From a virus (Duplodnaviria > Caudoviricetes): DNA of 64,000 nt. The notes under the pieces were generated by a model. The model worked only from the letters and a program-made list of their open reading frames with translations. It was not told the DNA's origin and did not search any database. The DNA lies in the IMG/VR virus record IMGVR_UViG_3300001525_000178, positions 6,176 through 70,175 of that record. One strand, given 5' to 3'. The number at the start of each line of letters is the position of its first letter. The stretch's first letter is position 1. Positions 9,774-19,670 of this stretch are shown in pieces. The translations under genes were made by a program, and so were the position numbers.

Positions 9774-10124
9774 GTATTTTGAAAGTTTATTATCCAAAAC
9801 ATAATACCGATACGCAAACAATCAAACATAATAAAAACATGTAAAATGGTAACAATATTTCATCAATATCAAATTTATCTTTCATTTCTATTTCCTATAA
9901 CTATATTTTGCAATTCAAGGAATGAATTATAATTTGCAATTGCACGTTCCGGTGTTTTGCCTGTTGCGATTACGCCTTCCAAATCCTTGTTATACGCAAC
10001 GTATATGCCGTCTTGTAATTCAATCGTTAATCCTAAATCATTTTCCATTATATTTCCTTATATTTTGTCCGTATTTCTTGCGGAGATTTATATCGTTTTC
10101 TCCGCAAAATTTACGGATATAAAA

Positions 10125-10817
10125 CTAAAAAATGCTGATAATATCTTTTATCTGTTTGTCTGTTAAACTTTCTTCAATAATCTTTTTTAATTCTTTGTTA
10201 TATCTAACGATTATTTTTGATACAGCTTGTTGACTAATATCGAATTGTTTTGCTAAACATCTTGTACTTTTTTCTGTTTTATCTTCCGAAAATAATCTTG
10301 TATATTCTTTATATACGTTTTTTACACGTTCACTATTGAATTTTAGTTTATTAAAACATTCTTTTAATAAATCAGAAATCAAAGATGTCTCTACTTTTGT
10401 GTCGTCAATTTCATAACTTTTATTAAATAAATTATAACTTGCAACACATTGACTTGTTTTATCTTTTTTGTGTTTATATAATCTTTTTAATTCTTGTAGC
10501 AAATCATTTTTTAATGCTTTGTAATAATATGTTGTAAACATCACATCACTATCTACATTAAATCCTTCAATACTTTTATGAAGTGTAATATTTGCGATAT
10601 GTACAATTTCATCTTTCGTTAAATCATTTGATAAATTGTTTAACTGCGTAAAAAATACGTTAATTACACTTTCTGTTAGATAATAAGTATTTCTATTAAT
10701 CTTGTCGAATAAAATGTTTTTTAACACATTTTTATCGCTTTCACGATACATCTGAATTAATTTTCGTAATTCTTCGTCCTTTTTTAGATTGCCCTTTGAC
10801 ACTCTCTCTTTTGTCAT
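10125..10817 (-). CDS. Phage RNA polymerase sigma factor (sigma70 family, regions 2 and 4)
   Basis: Region-2-like DEIVHIANITLHKSIEGFN...FTTYYYKALKNDL; region-4 HTH STRCLAKQFDISQQAVSKII. Confidence 0.75.
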   Translation of the reverse strand: MTKERVSKGNLKKDEELRKLIQMYRESDKNVLKNILFDKINRNTYYLTESVINVFFTQLNNLSNDLTKDEIVHIANITLHKSIEGFNVDSDVMFTTYYYKALKNDLLQELKRLYKHKKDKTSQCVASYNLFNKSYEIDDTKVETSLISDLLKECFNKLKFNSERVKNVYKEYTRLFSEDKTEKSTRCLAKQFDISQQAVSKIIVRYNKELKKIIEESLTDKQIKDIISIF

Positions 10818-10824
10818 TCTTCCA

Positions 10825-13800
10825 CTATTCCTTCACAGTTGTTATATTATATTTAATCATTTCGCTTGCAATTTCTTGTAAATTAGAAATCCAATAATCT
10901 ACTTTTGTTGTTAATTTTTTATCGTTATGGTAAATAATAAGTCGATAATTTATATCCGACATGTTCATTATAGCATTATTTCTAATATTTGTCAAGAAGT
11001 TATTTAAACTTTCATTATCAAGGTGTGAAATCAGTTTTATTTCGCTTGATTTGCCAACGTTAAACAATCTTACACCTTCAATTTTGAAGTTATCTGCAAA
11101 CTTTTCATTTGTTGACTTATTTATTTGACCGATAAATCTGAAATAGTTTGATGTATTGATTTTATCTTGAATTTCAAAATAAGTATCAGCCTTCATAAAT
11201 GTTGTAATTTCAGTTGTGTCATCAGTAATTACCGCAAAATATGAACCATTCTTTGTTTTCTTTACAGACTTAAATCTGCCCATAAACGAGAACATATCTG
11301 AATAATTATGGCTATCCAACATTGTATCTATTGGTGTACTATCAATAAGATTTTCAAGTTCAATCAAGATTTTCTTTGGATTGTTTGAAATCGGAAAACC
11401 AACCATTTCAATTTCATTTTGTCGAATTTCTTGGTCTGTTACTGATGTTTCAACTGTTTTATCTTCAAACTTTTTGATTGCAAGTTGGATAAAATCATTC
11501 ATCTTTTTCTTGATTTCAGCCTTTTGTTGTTTTGCTTCTTTTGTAGCACCTTCAACTGATTTATATTCTTTATCCAAATCCATATAAAATGAGTGTTTCT
11601 TTACAATATCTGAGACATAACATTCAATCATTGCCGTATATAGGTCTGTATCACCTTTTTTATACGAAGATTTTGCACGTGCTTTGCATAAAACCTGTAA
11701 AGGTTTCATATATTTATATGGGCATGCTTCAATATTATTTAAAGCACCGCTCATGATTAAGTTTTCCAAAGTTGTTTTATTTGTACTTGGGCAACGAATA
11801 ATCAAATCTTTCAAACTTTTAAATTCACCATTTTCACGTTCAAGTAAGATTGGTTCAATTGCGCTTTGACCAATACCCTTAATTGCTGTAAATCCAAATA
11901 AAATACCATTATTTTCACGGTCAAATGAAAAGATATTATCTGATTTGTTTAGGTCTGGCGATAATACATTAATACCAATTCTATAACATTCGTCGATATA
12001 TGGCGTTAATTTTTCCATTTTATCACGATTATTATTTAACATTGCGGTCATATATTCTAAAGGATGATTTACCTTTAAAAACGCCGTCACATAAGACATT
12101 GCGCTGTACGCGTAGGCATGAGATGCATTAAAACCGTAGCGTCCAGCCTTTTCAATCATATCGAACACTTCATTGGCGTACGTTTCAGCGTGTCCGTTAT
12201 TTACCGAACCAGATACAAAATGACTACGCTCTGCCTTTAATTTTTCAAGAACTTTTTTTCCAATATATTTGCGAAGTGTATCTGCTTCTGCCAATGTATA
12301 GCCAGCCATAACCCTTGATAATTGCATTAATTGTTCTTGGAAGATACATAAACCGTATGTATTTTTTGTATAACCTTCCATACCTTCACAGATATATTTT
12401 ACAGGTTCTACACCATTCTTTCTGTCGATAAATTGTTGTGTAACACCACTTTCCAAAGAAGCAGGTCTTAATAATGCGTTAATTGCCCCTAAATCCGCCA
12501 ATGTTTTTGGCTTAATATCACGACATAGTTTGCGTGCAATTTCACTTTCAAGTTGGAATACACCAAGTGTTTTTGCTTCTGAAATCATATTAAACGTTTT
12601 TTCATCTGTAAATGGCATATTTTTATAATCAAAATCAATTCCCATTTTTTGGATTGTTTCATTGATAATTGATAAATTTTTTAAACCCAAAATATCAAGT
12701 TTTAAAAGTTGTAAATCACCATCAATTTCTTTCATATCAAATACAGCACAGTTTACCCAGCGTCCACTACTATCTTGCTGATATGTTAATGGTGTTAAGT
12801 TTTCAAGTGGTTGATTTGAAATAATTAAACCACAAGCATGTTGTCCAGCCTTATCAATACCGCCTTCAAGAATTTGTGATACATCAAAAATCTTGTGAAA
12901 CAATGGGTCTGTATCATACATCTTTTTCAATTCATCATTTTGTTCAAGATTTTCTTGCAAAGATAAATTTGTATCAATCATATCTTTTGTAATATGATTT
13001 GCTTCCAAATAAGGCATTTCAAGAACACTTGCAACTGCTTTAAACGATGATACGGAAGTCATTTCACCATAAGTTGCAATGTTTGCAACGTGGTCTTTAC
13101 CATATCTTTCTTCCAAATAAGCAATTACTTTTGGTCTATCGACATCTGCAATATCACAATCAACATCTGGAGCACTTACACGGCTTGGATTAATAAATCT
13201 TTCAAACAGTAAATCGTGTTCGATTGGGTCAAGATTTGTTACATCAAGCGTATATAAAACTAAGCTACCAGCACCAGAACCTCTCCCAAAGCCTGTTGGA
13301 ATATTGCTTTTATCTAAAAATTTATACAAATCTTCAAGAACTAGAAAATAGTCTGTAAATCCGATTTTATAAATTGTTTCAAGTTCATATTTTAATCTTG
13401 CAATATATTGTTTTGTATCAATCGGTTTTCCTTTAAATCTTCTTTCAAAACCAGCCCTTGATAGTTCAACCAATTTTTTAAAAGATTTTTGTGGTTCATC
13501 AAATTTTGGATAGTTATATCCGTGTTGTAAAATATCATATTTTTCAATCTTAGATACAATTTCTTCGCTTGCGTCTAAAATTCTATTCCAAACATCTTCC
13601 GAAAGACAGTTAAATGTTTGTCGCATTTCTTCTGTGTTTTTTAAGTAATATTCTGGACCACCAGCAAACTTAAATCTTTTTTCATCTGAAATCTTTTTAA
13701 CCGTTTGCTTGCATAATAAAACTTCATGTGCAAATGCGTGTTCTTGTTTTTCGTAGTGGCTATCGTTTGTTGCAATCGCCTTAATTCCTGTTTTATGTGA

Positions 13801-14361
13801 TAATTCAAGAAGTTTGCCCCACACTTTCTTTTCTTCCAAAGTATCATGGTCTTGAATTTCTAAATAAAAATCATCACCAAAGATTTGTTTGAAATGTTTT
13901 AAATGTTCAATCAAACTTTTCATATCACCATTCAAAATATCTTGCGGAATTAAACCGCCAAGACAAGCAGATAAGCAAATCAAACCTTCGCTATGTTTTT
14001 CGATATCTTCAAAAGTAATTCGTGGTTTTCTTTTAAAATTATAATATGAAGCATTGTGAAGTTTGATTAAATTTAACCAACCTGTTTTATTCTTTGCCAA
14101 TAAAACTAAGTGAAAATTGTCTTTTTGTCCTTCTTCAACTTCACCAAGTGTCATATAAAATTCGCAACCAAGAATTGGTGTAATATCGTTGCTATTACAT
14201 TCTTTATAGAATTTAATTGCACCCGCCATTGAACCGTGGTCTGTAATTGCAAGTGCTTTTATATTGTTTTCTTTTGCCCATGCTACATAGTTTGGAATTT
14301 TAATCATTCCGTCTAAAATGCTATATACCGTATGTGTATGTAATGGTGTTAATTCCGTCAT
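10825..14361 (-). CDS. dnaE: DNA polymerase III alpha subunit (family C)
   Basis: PHP domain LHTHTVYSILDG, TDHGSM, GRGSGAGSL, PDVDCD, KLDILGL, FNASHAYAY. Confidence 0.97.
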   Translation of the reverse strand: MTELTPLHTHTVYSILDGMIKIPNYVAWAKENNIKALAITDHGSMAGAIKFYKECNSNDITPILGCEFYMTLGEVEEGQKDNFHLVLLAKNKTGWLNLIKLHNASYYNFKRKPRITFEDIEKHSEGLICLSACLGGLIPQDILNGDMKSLIEHLKHFKQIFGDDFYLEIQDHDTLEEKKVWGKLLELSHKTGIKAIATNDSHYEKQEHAFAHEVLLCKQTVKKISDEKRFKFAGGPEYYLKNTEEMRQTFNCLSEDVWNRILDASEEIVSKIEKYDILQHGYNYPKFDEPQKSFKKLVELSRAGFERRFKGKPIDTKQYIARLKYELETIYKIGFTDYFLVLEDLYKFLDKSNIPTGFGRGSGAGSLVLYTLDVTNLDPIEHDLLFERFINPSRVSAPDVDCDIADVDRPKVIAYLEERYGKDHVANIATYGEMTSVSSFKAVASVLEMPYLEANHITKDMIDTNLSLQENLEQNDELKKMYDTDPLFHKIFDVSQILEGGIDKAGQHACGLIISNQPLENLTPLTYQQDSSGRWVNCAVFDMKEIDGDLQLLKLDILGLKNLSIINETIQKMGIDFDYKNMPFTDEKTFNMISEAKTLGVFQLESEIARKLCRDIKPKTLADLGAINALLRPASLESGVTQQFIDRKNGVEPVKYICEGMEGYTKNTYGLCIFQEQLMQLSRVMAGYTLAEADTLRKYIGKKVLEKLKAERSHFVSGSVNNGHAETYANEVFDMIEKAGRYGFNASHAYAYSAMSYVTAFLKVNHPLEYMTAMLNNNRDKMEKLTPYIDECYRIGINVLSPDLNKSDNIFSFDRENNGILFGFTAIKGIGQSAIEPILLERENGEFKSLKDLIIRCPSTNKTTLENLIMSGALNNIEACPYKYMKPLQVLCKARAKSSYKKGDTDLYTAMIECYVSDIVKKHSFYMDLDKEYKSVEGATKEAKQQKAEIKKKMNDFIQLAIKKFEDKTVETSVTDQEIRQNEIEMVGFPISNNPKKILIELENLIDSTPIDTMLDSHNYSDMFSFMGRFKSVKKTKNGSYFAVITDDTTEITTFMKADTYFEIQDKINTSNYFRFIGQINKSTNEKFADNFKIEGVRLFNVGKSSEIKLISHLDNESLNNFLTNIRNNAIMNMSDINYRLIIYHNDKKLTTKVDYWISNLQEIASEMIKYNITTVKE

Positions 14362-14386
14362 TATTATTTCCTTCCTTTTGTTTTAA

Positions 14387-14415
14387 AGTATAACATAACT
14401 TACAAAATTTGTCAA
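14387..14415 (-). promoter_or_regulatory. Sigma70-type promoter for the dnaE-sigma operon
   Basis: TTGACA-17bp-TATACT. Confidence 0.8.
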
Positions 14416-14430
14416 CAATTATTTTATAAC

Positions 14431-14459
14431 AAAAAATGCAAGCCGTTTTATGGCTTGCA
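14431..14459 (-). terminator. Intrinsic terminator
   Basis: TGCAAGCC-GTTTTAT-GGCTTGCA with T6 tail on the minus strand. Confidence 0.8.
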
Positions 14460-14488
14460 AATATTGTTGCTTATAATCTATCCTATCT

Positions 14489-15064
14489 TTAATTTAATCC
14501 ACCTTCTTGGGCTTCCTGTTGGCTGTAAATTTGTTTATTATCCTTTTCAATTCTATCGGAATTATAAATCATATTATACAATGTGTCTAAAGCACCACTT
14601 GTTTGCATATCCATATAAGGAATATTGTATTTATCAAGCATGATTTTGATTTGGTTTTCAATTTCTTTTGACTGTTCTTCGTTGTGAACTCTACCCTCTT
14701 GTCTAAATTCATGGTTTCTGTGCAAAAAGATATTTATGTTATCATAACGATTGTAATATGCTAAAGCCATTTGGTCAAATATTTCTGGTTCACAACTTTT
14801 ATATACACAAATCTGTAATAATGGGCTATCGCAAATTACGTAATCCGCCTTATTTACCATTTGGTTTAATCTTTTGTTTTGTTTAGCAAACGTATATAAT
14901 TGGTCGTTAAATGGGTAGGGTGCGTTTTCATATACTTTCTCTTTTATCCACTCATCTGCCAATTCAACGTTATATCCAGCCACTTTCATTCTGTAAAATA
15001 AACCAGAAGCAAGTGTTGATTTTCCTGTACTTGGTGAACCATAAAGGTTGATAATTTTTGTCAT
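14489..15064 (-). CDS. P-loop ATPase/kinase (NadR/AAA_28-like)
   Basis: NLYGSPSTGKST, VICDSPLL, FRQEGRVH. Confidence 0.75.
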   Translation of the reverse strand: MTKIINLYGSPSTGKSTLASGLFYRMKVAGYNVELADEWIKEKVYENAPYPFNDQLYTFAKQNKRLNQMVNKADYVICDSPLLQICVYKSCEPEIFDQMALAYYNRYDNINIFLHRNHEFRQEGRVHNEEQSKEIENQIKIMLDKYNIPYMDMQTSGALDTLYNMIYNSDRIEKDNKQIYSQQEAQEGGLN

Positions 15065-15078
15065 TTCTAATTCCTTCT

Positions 15079-15645
15079 CTAATCTACTCTCTTTCCATTT
15101 TCTGTATTATTATAAAAACTTAATTTATCCACTACATCTTTTATATGGATTGGATAATAGCCGATATTATCAATTCCTACATCCATGCTTCTAAGATATT
15201 GCGGAATATTTGCATGCGTATGTCCGTATAAATGATAGCCACCACGATAAAAATTGTGCCATTCTTTTAATGGAAAATGCGTTAAATGAAACGAATTGTT
15301 TTGCCAATTAAAGCGATAACTTTCACGACAATCGCATATAGCATTTTCGCTTTTTAGTTTATTTATTTCACGTTCACTATCGTGATTTCCATAACAAACA
15401 AATACTTGGCATTTTAAGGATTTTATAAAATCACCCAATAAACGCATTTCGCCTTTAAAACCTAAATCGCCCAATACGAACAATACATCGTTTCGTGATA
15501 CAGTTTCTTGAATACATTTTCTAAGATGTTCCATGTGTGCTACCCAATTCGTTCCAAAACCACGTTGACTTAAGGTTCTAAAACAATTTGGTCCTAAATG
15601 CCAATCTGCTTGAAAATATATATTATTATGCTTTTTAATATCCAT
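15079..15645 (-). CDS. Calcineurin-like metallophosphoesterase
   Basis: ADWHLG, LGDLG, GNHD, THFP, GHTH, MDVGID. Confidence 0.88.
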   Translation of the reverse strand: MDIKKHNNIYFQADWHLGPNCFRTLSQRGFGTNWVAHMEHLRKCIQETVSRNDVLFVLGDLGFKGEMRLLGDFIKSLKCQVFVCYGNHDSEREINKLKSENAICDCRESYRFNWQNNSFHLTHFPLKEWHNFYRGGYHLYGHTHANIPQYLRSMDVGIDNIGYYPIHIKDVVDKLSFYNNTENGKRVD

Positions 15646-17183
15646 TATTCTGTTTTGCTTTCTTCTTCATCTTCTAAATCAATTAATAAATCAATTGCAC
15701 TATGGTCAAGTTTATGTTTTGCCCTTGTAACCGCTACATATAAAATGTTAATTTCATCATCACTATCTATTCGCCATTTATCTAGTGCGATTTTTACATT
15801 TTCAAATTCCAAACCCTTTGCCCTATGAACTGTTAATAATGTATAGGTTTTGTTTGGATTTTCACAATCTTCACTATTTCTAACTTTTGATAAAATATCT
15901 ACAATTTCAAGTTCGTTTTGTAAAAAGAAGGTAAAATATCTTGCAAAATCAACCGATAAAATTTGCTTGTTTTGATATAAAAATCTGTATAAATTATTAT
16001 ACCCTTCTTTTTCTGCAATCTTAACATAATCATCAATTTGTTTGCTACGAATTATTTTAAATGTATGTTTATACAATTCAAGATATTCGTCTTTACCACG
16101 ATTTTCAAGCAACTTACTAAAGAAATAAATCATATCTGAAAATACACTTTCAAAGTTATCTGCTTGATTTCCGTTTTTCACATCCATAAATTTAACTTTT
16201 GTATTTTCTGTATTTTTTATCAAATCAACTGCGTACATAAACATATTCGCATTTGTTCTGAATAAAATTGCTTTTTCTTTTTTATTTTTAACTTCTGTAT
16301 CGTTATGGAAGTTTCTAATTTGTCCTTTAAAACTTGGTTTTAAACGCAAGATTTTATTGGCTAAATCACACACTTCATTGTTAAACCTAAAAGAAGTTGT
16401 TAAAGGATATTCTGTACCTTCAAATTTATCCATCGCATTAATTGCCTTGTTAAAGCGGTACAACTGTTGATGGACATCTCCCACCACCCACATTTTATTG
16501 TACACAAAGCGTTTTAACATTCGCAAAGCCATCATATTTGTATCTTGTGCTTCATCAAGTAAGATATATTTATAACCTTTTACCTTATCCGCTGTGTTGC
16601 ATACATACTCTTTTACGTACATATTATGAAGATACTTGCCTTTTTTGATAAAATATTGGTATAAATCTTTGAAAAACTCAATTTCACTTGAAGTTAATTT
16701 ATTCATTGCCAAGTCATAGTTTTTAGGATTTGTTTTAACATTTTCGCAGAAATCATCTAAACTATCAAAACATAAGCAGTAAGAATTAAACATATCAATA
16801 ATGTTTTTAAACTTACAAAACTTATATTTACTGTTTGTATTTTTAATTTTCATATAGTCTGCATAGTTAATACTTGACATAACTTCCATGTCACCGTCAT
16901 GTAACATATTAAATCGGCGTAAACAAAACGAATGTGTTGTATAGCATTCGACATTTAAATCAAGTTCTTCAAACTTATTCTTACTATCTTCCACCATGCT
17001 TTTATTAAATACAAGATATAAGATTTTAGATTTTTTATCTGTTTTTCTTATTTCTTTTACAACTTCAATAAGTACCGAGGTTTTTCCGCTTCCAGCATAG
17101 GCTTGGATTTTAGACACTTTATCGTCATTGTGAACTGTATTTACAATATTTTTTTGTTCTTGTGTTAATTCAAAAGCCATCAT
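15645..17183 (-). CDS. UvrD/REP-like superfamily 1 helicase
   Basis: AYAGSGKT, LLDEAQD, VGDVHQQLY, LTTSFRF, TVHRAKGLEF, YVAVTRAK. Confidence 0.92.
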   Translation of the reverse strand: MMAFELTQEQKNIVNTVHNDDKVSKIQAYAGSGKTSVLIEVVKEIRKTDKKSKILYLVFNKSMVEDSKNKFEELDLNVECYTTHSFCLRRFNMLHDGDMEVMSSINYADYMKIKNTNSKYKFCKFKNIIDMFNSYCLCFDSLDDFCENVKTNPKNYDLAMNKLTSSEIEFFKDLYQYFIKKGKYLHNMYVKEYVCNTADKVKGYKYILLDEAQDTNMMALRMLKRFVYNKMWVVGDVHQQLYRFNKAINAMDKFEGTEYPLTTSFRFNNEVCDLANKILRLKPSFKGQIRNFHNDTEVKNKKEKAILFRTNANMFMYAVDLIKNTENTKVKFMDVKNGNQADNFESVFSDMIYFFSKLLENRGKDEYLELYKHTFKIIRSKQIDDYVKIAEKEGYNNLYRFLYQNKQILSVDFARYFTFFLQNELEIVDILSKVRNSEDCENPNKTYTLLTVHRAKGLEFENVKIALDKWRIDSDDEINILYVAVTRAKHKLDHSAIDLLIDLEDEEESKTE

Positions 17184-17422
17184 TCACCCTTTTCTGCTTC
17201 CATTTCATATCTAACACGTGTCATAAGTCTATCATAACAAGTTTTGCACAAATAATGCGTACCTAACTTTTGAATATTTTGTGTGGAACGACACGCTTCA
17301 CATTGTACCGTAACAGGTCTTGATTTTGTATAATATCTATATGGTTTTTTGTCTTTTTCAAACTTTTCAACCACATTTTCGTTATTATCAATCATTTGTC
17401 CAATTTTTTCTTGTTCATTCAT
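17180..17422 (-). CDS. Small zinc-binding hypothetical protein
   Basis: CEAC...LCKTC. Confidence 0.55.
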   Translation of the reverse strand: MNEQEKIGQMIDNNENVVEKFEKDKKPYRYYTKSRPVTVQCEACRSTQNIQKLGTHYLCKTCYDRLMTRVRYEMEAEKGE

Positions 17423-17440
17423 TTTTTATCAATTCCTTCC

Positions 17441-18025
17441 TTAAAAAATTCTGTCACCGTCTTTATATCCTTGTTTTATGAAATCTTGTGCCATTTTTTC
17501 GCTTATATGATTATTATTTGCGTCATATCTTTCACTATGATAATCACAGAAAATACAATGTGTTTCAGCGTTTGGAAAATATTTTAATGCTTCAATTTCA
17601 TTTGGATAGCGAATATCTGTGCAACAAAACTTGTCATAACCTTGTTTTGCTAAATTTTCGATTGTATTCTTCCATTTTTTTACCCAGAAATCTTTATCAT
17701 ATTCACGCAAACCTTCACCAAGTTTTTGAAGGAAAAATCTTCCATCAACTTTTCCAAAGCCTTCAATGTCAATTTGACCTTTTTTGAATTGGTCATATTC
17801 TTCTTGATTTTTTGGTTTCCAATTTAAAATCTGCCAAGCACAATCTCTCAAACAATCAGCCAATGCTGTTTCGTAATAACCTTCGTTCTTTACAAGCAAA
17901 TTGCCTTGAAAGCTCTTTCCAGAGCCTAATGCCCCAGCGAAACCAACCACTTTTATTTTGTTTAATCTTTTATTCGGATATGTCATTGTTTTCCCTTCTT
18001 TTATAAAATCGTTTATCGTCCTCAT
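17441..18025 (-). CDS. Deoxynucleoside monophosphate kinase
   Basis: GFAGALGSGKS, LADCLR, FLQKLGEGLR, DIRYPNE. Confidence 0.8.
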   Translation of the reverse strand: MRTINDFIKEGKTMTYPNKRLNKIKVVGFAGALGSGKSFQGNLLVKNEGYYETALADCLRDCAWQILNWKPKNQEEYDQFKKGQIDIEGFGKVDGRFFLQKLGEGLREYDKDFWVKKWKNTIENLAKQGYDKFCCTDIRYPNEIEALKYFPNAETHCIFCDYHSERYDANNNHISEKMAQDFIKQGYKDGDRIF

Positions 18026-18670
18026 CTATCCCACCAATGCTATCAAACAGCTTTCTGCAATATTATCGTCTGCCTTTTTGTGTCGTGGAAGCATTATAAA
18101 ATCATCTGCATTTTTAAACTTTTCACGACAATATTTGATTGATAATTCTTTTATCTTTTCACGTCTTTCTTTTGCTGTCAACCCTTTTGGAATTTCATTA
18201 TTATATTCATAAAATTCGTGCCATTCTTTTGGACTATATAATCGATATGGCAATTCAAGAATTGAGCATATTGTTGTATATACGCCCAAAGACAATGCAT
18301 TCGCAAATAATGCGTCAATTGATGTTCCAATTCCACTTTGTCTGATTGGTTCTTCAATCACAATGCTTTCAATATCTTTTTTATATTTATTCAACACATC
18401 AAATAATAATTTGAAATTACGTACACCACGTCGTTTTAAAGCCTTCTTTTTTGCTTTTAATGTCTTTATATGTGTCTTTCGTGTTTCGTGCCTTAAAAGG
18501 TCGTCTATTGCCCTCTCGTTGGCTTTATCATATTCAAGTTGTGGATATTTTACAACTTCAATTATTTTATCGCCAGATACGACTGCGATACTACCCGTTG
18601 TCGCCGTATCAATTCCTATTTTATATTTCGTCATAATATTTATAGTCCTTACTTTTATCTTGATATTCAT
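18026..18670 (-). CDS. RuvC-like Holliday junction resolvase
   Basis: IGIDTATTGSI, IVIEEP, PKEWH, DDNIAESCLIA. Confidence 0.75.
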   Translation of the reverse strand: MNIKIKVRTINIMTKYKIGIDTATTGSIAVVSGDKIIEVVKYPQLEYDKANERAIDDLLRHETRKTHIKTLKAKKKALKRRGVRNFKLLFDVLNKYKKDIESIVIEEPIRQSGIGTSIDALFANALSLGVYTTICSILELPYRLYSPKEWHEFYEYNNEIPKGLTAKERREKIKELSIKYCREKFKNADDFIMLPRHKKADDNIAESCLIALVG

Positions 18671-19223
18671 AAAAGAATATTCTATGTTTCTTATATTCTA
18701 CTTCTTTTTTATACCATTTTTTACAAGCGTTTTCAAGAACAATATGGAAGTATCTACTTGGTGTGGAGTTTCGCAAATCTGAATATGTATCTACTTTTTT
18801 ATCCGTATTGATGATTAAAGAATAAATCGCTTTATTCATTTGTACACATTGCTCTTGAAAACAATCTTCGTAATCATTTGTTGAAATATAATATTTTTTA
18901 CAAAAATACCCCATTAACCGCCTATATTCGTCTAAACATTCTGTAAAAATATTCTGTGGTGTCGGATATTCTTGTCTTCTTGACTTATACATACAATCTT
19001 TTGAACAAAATAACCCATTACGTTCACCTTTTCTTAAAACACTTGGTAGAATATAAAATTCTTTCCCACAAGATTGACAATACCTTTTTATCATTATCTC
19101 TTGTGTATGACATTGTATTGCTTTATTATAACATTTACGGCTACAATATTTTCCTCTACCCTGTTTTAATTTTGCTGGTGCAATATTAAATTCTTTACCA
19201 CATAATTTGCATTTTGTTTTCAT
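18621..19223 (-). CDS. Protein with tandem CxxCGKEF...CSxxC zinc fingers and a sigma-region-2-like C-terminus
   Basis: Two treble-clef repeats, then DYEDCFQE...MNKAIYS...SRYFHIVLENACKKWYKK. Confidence 0.5.
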   Translation of the reverse strand: MKTKCKLCGKEFNIAPAKLKQGRGKYCSRKCYNKAIQCHTQEIMIKRYCQSCGKEFYILPSVLRKGERNGLFCSKDCMYKSRRQEYPTPQNIFTECLDEYRRLMGYFCKKYYISTNDYEDCFQEQCVQMNKAIYSLIINTDKKVDTYSDLRNSTPSRYFHIVLENACKKWYKKEVEYKKHRIFFYEYQDKSKDYKYYDEI

Positions 19224-19229
19224 AAAAAT

Positions 19230-19258
19230 ATCATATCACTATCTTTTATTTTTGTCAA
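19230..19258 (-). promoter_or_regulatory. Sigma70-type promoter
   Basis: TTGACA-17bp-TATGAT. Confidence 0.75.
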
Positions 19259-19670
19259 ATACATAAACTAAATTGTTTTCTAATAGATTCATAATCGCCA
19301 AACTATTTCCTTGAAAAATCTGTGTATCTAATATAAATCTTATATCTTCCTTTTGATTATAAGATTTATACAATTCCAATACACGTTGTTTACATTCTTC
19401 TACATTATCTTGCATAATATCAATTGCATAAACAGATTTTAACGCTGTAATGTAATCTACTTTCTTTTTGCATAAATCAAACTTTCTTTTAAGAATTTCA
19501 ACTACAAACTGACCATTGCCACATGTTGGCTCTAAAAATGTCATCTCGATTGTTATGTCTGGAATTAAATTAAGCATTGCATTTACTTCTCTTTCATTTG
19601 TAAATACTTCGCCCAATTCACGAACTCTATCTTTTGTTTTTATATTAGACCTCAATTTTTGATACCTCAT
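19239..19670 (-). CDS. Short adenine DNA methyltransferase-like protein (SAM-binding half only)
   Basis: LGEVFTNERE, FLEPTCGNGQF, YAIDI, QGNSL; no NPPY/DPPY. Confidence 0.7.
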   Translation of the reverse strand: MRYQKLRSNIKTKDRVRELGEVFTNEREVNAMLNLIPDITIEMTFLEPTCGNGQFVVEILKRKFDLCKKKVDYITALKSVYAIDIMQDNVEECKQRVLELYKSYNQKEDIRFILDTQIFQGNSLAIMNLLENNLVYVFDKNKR

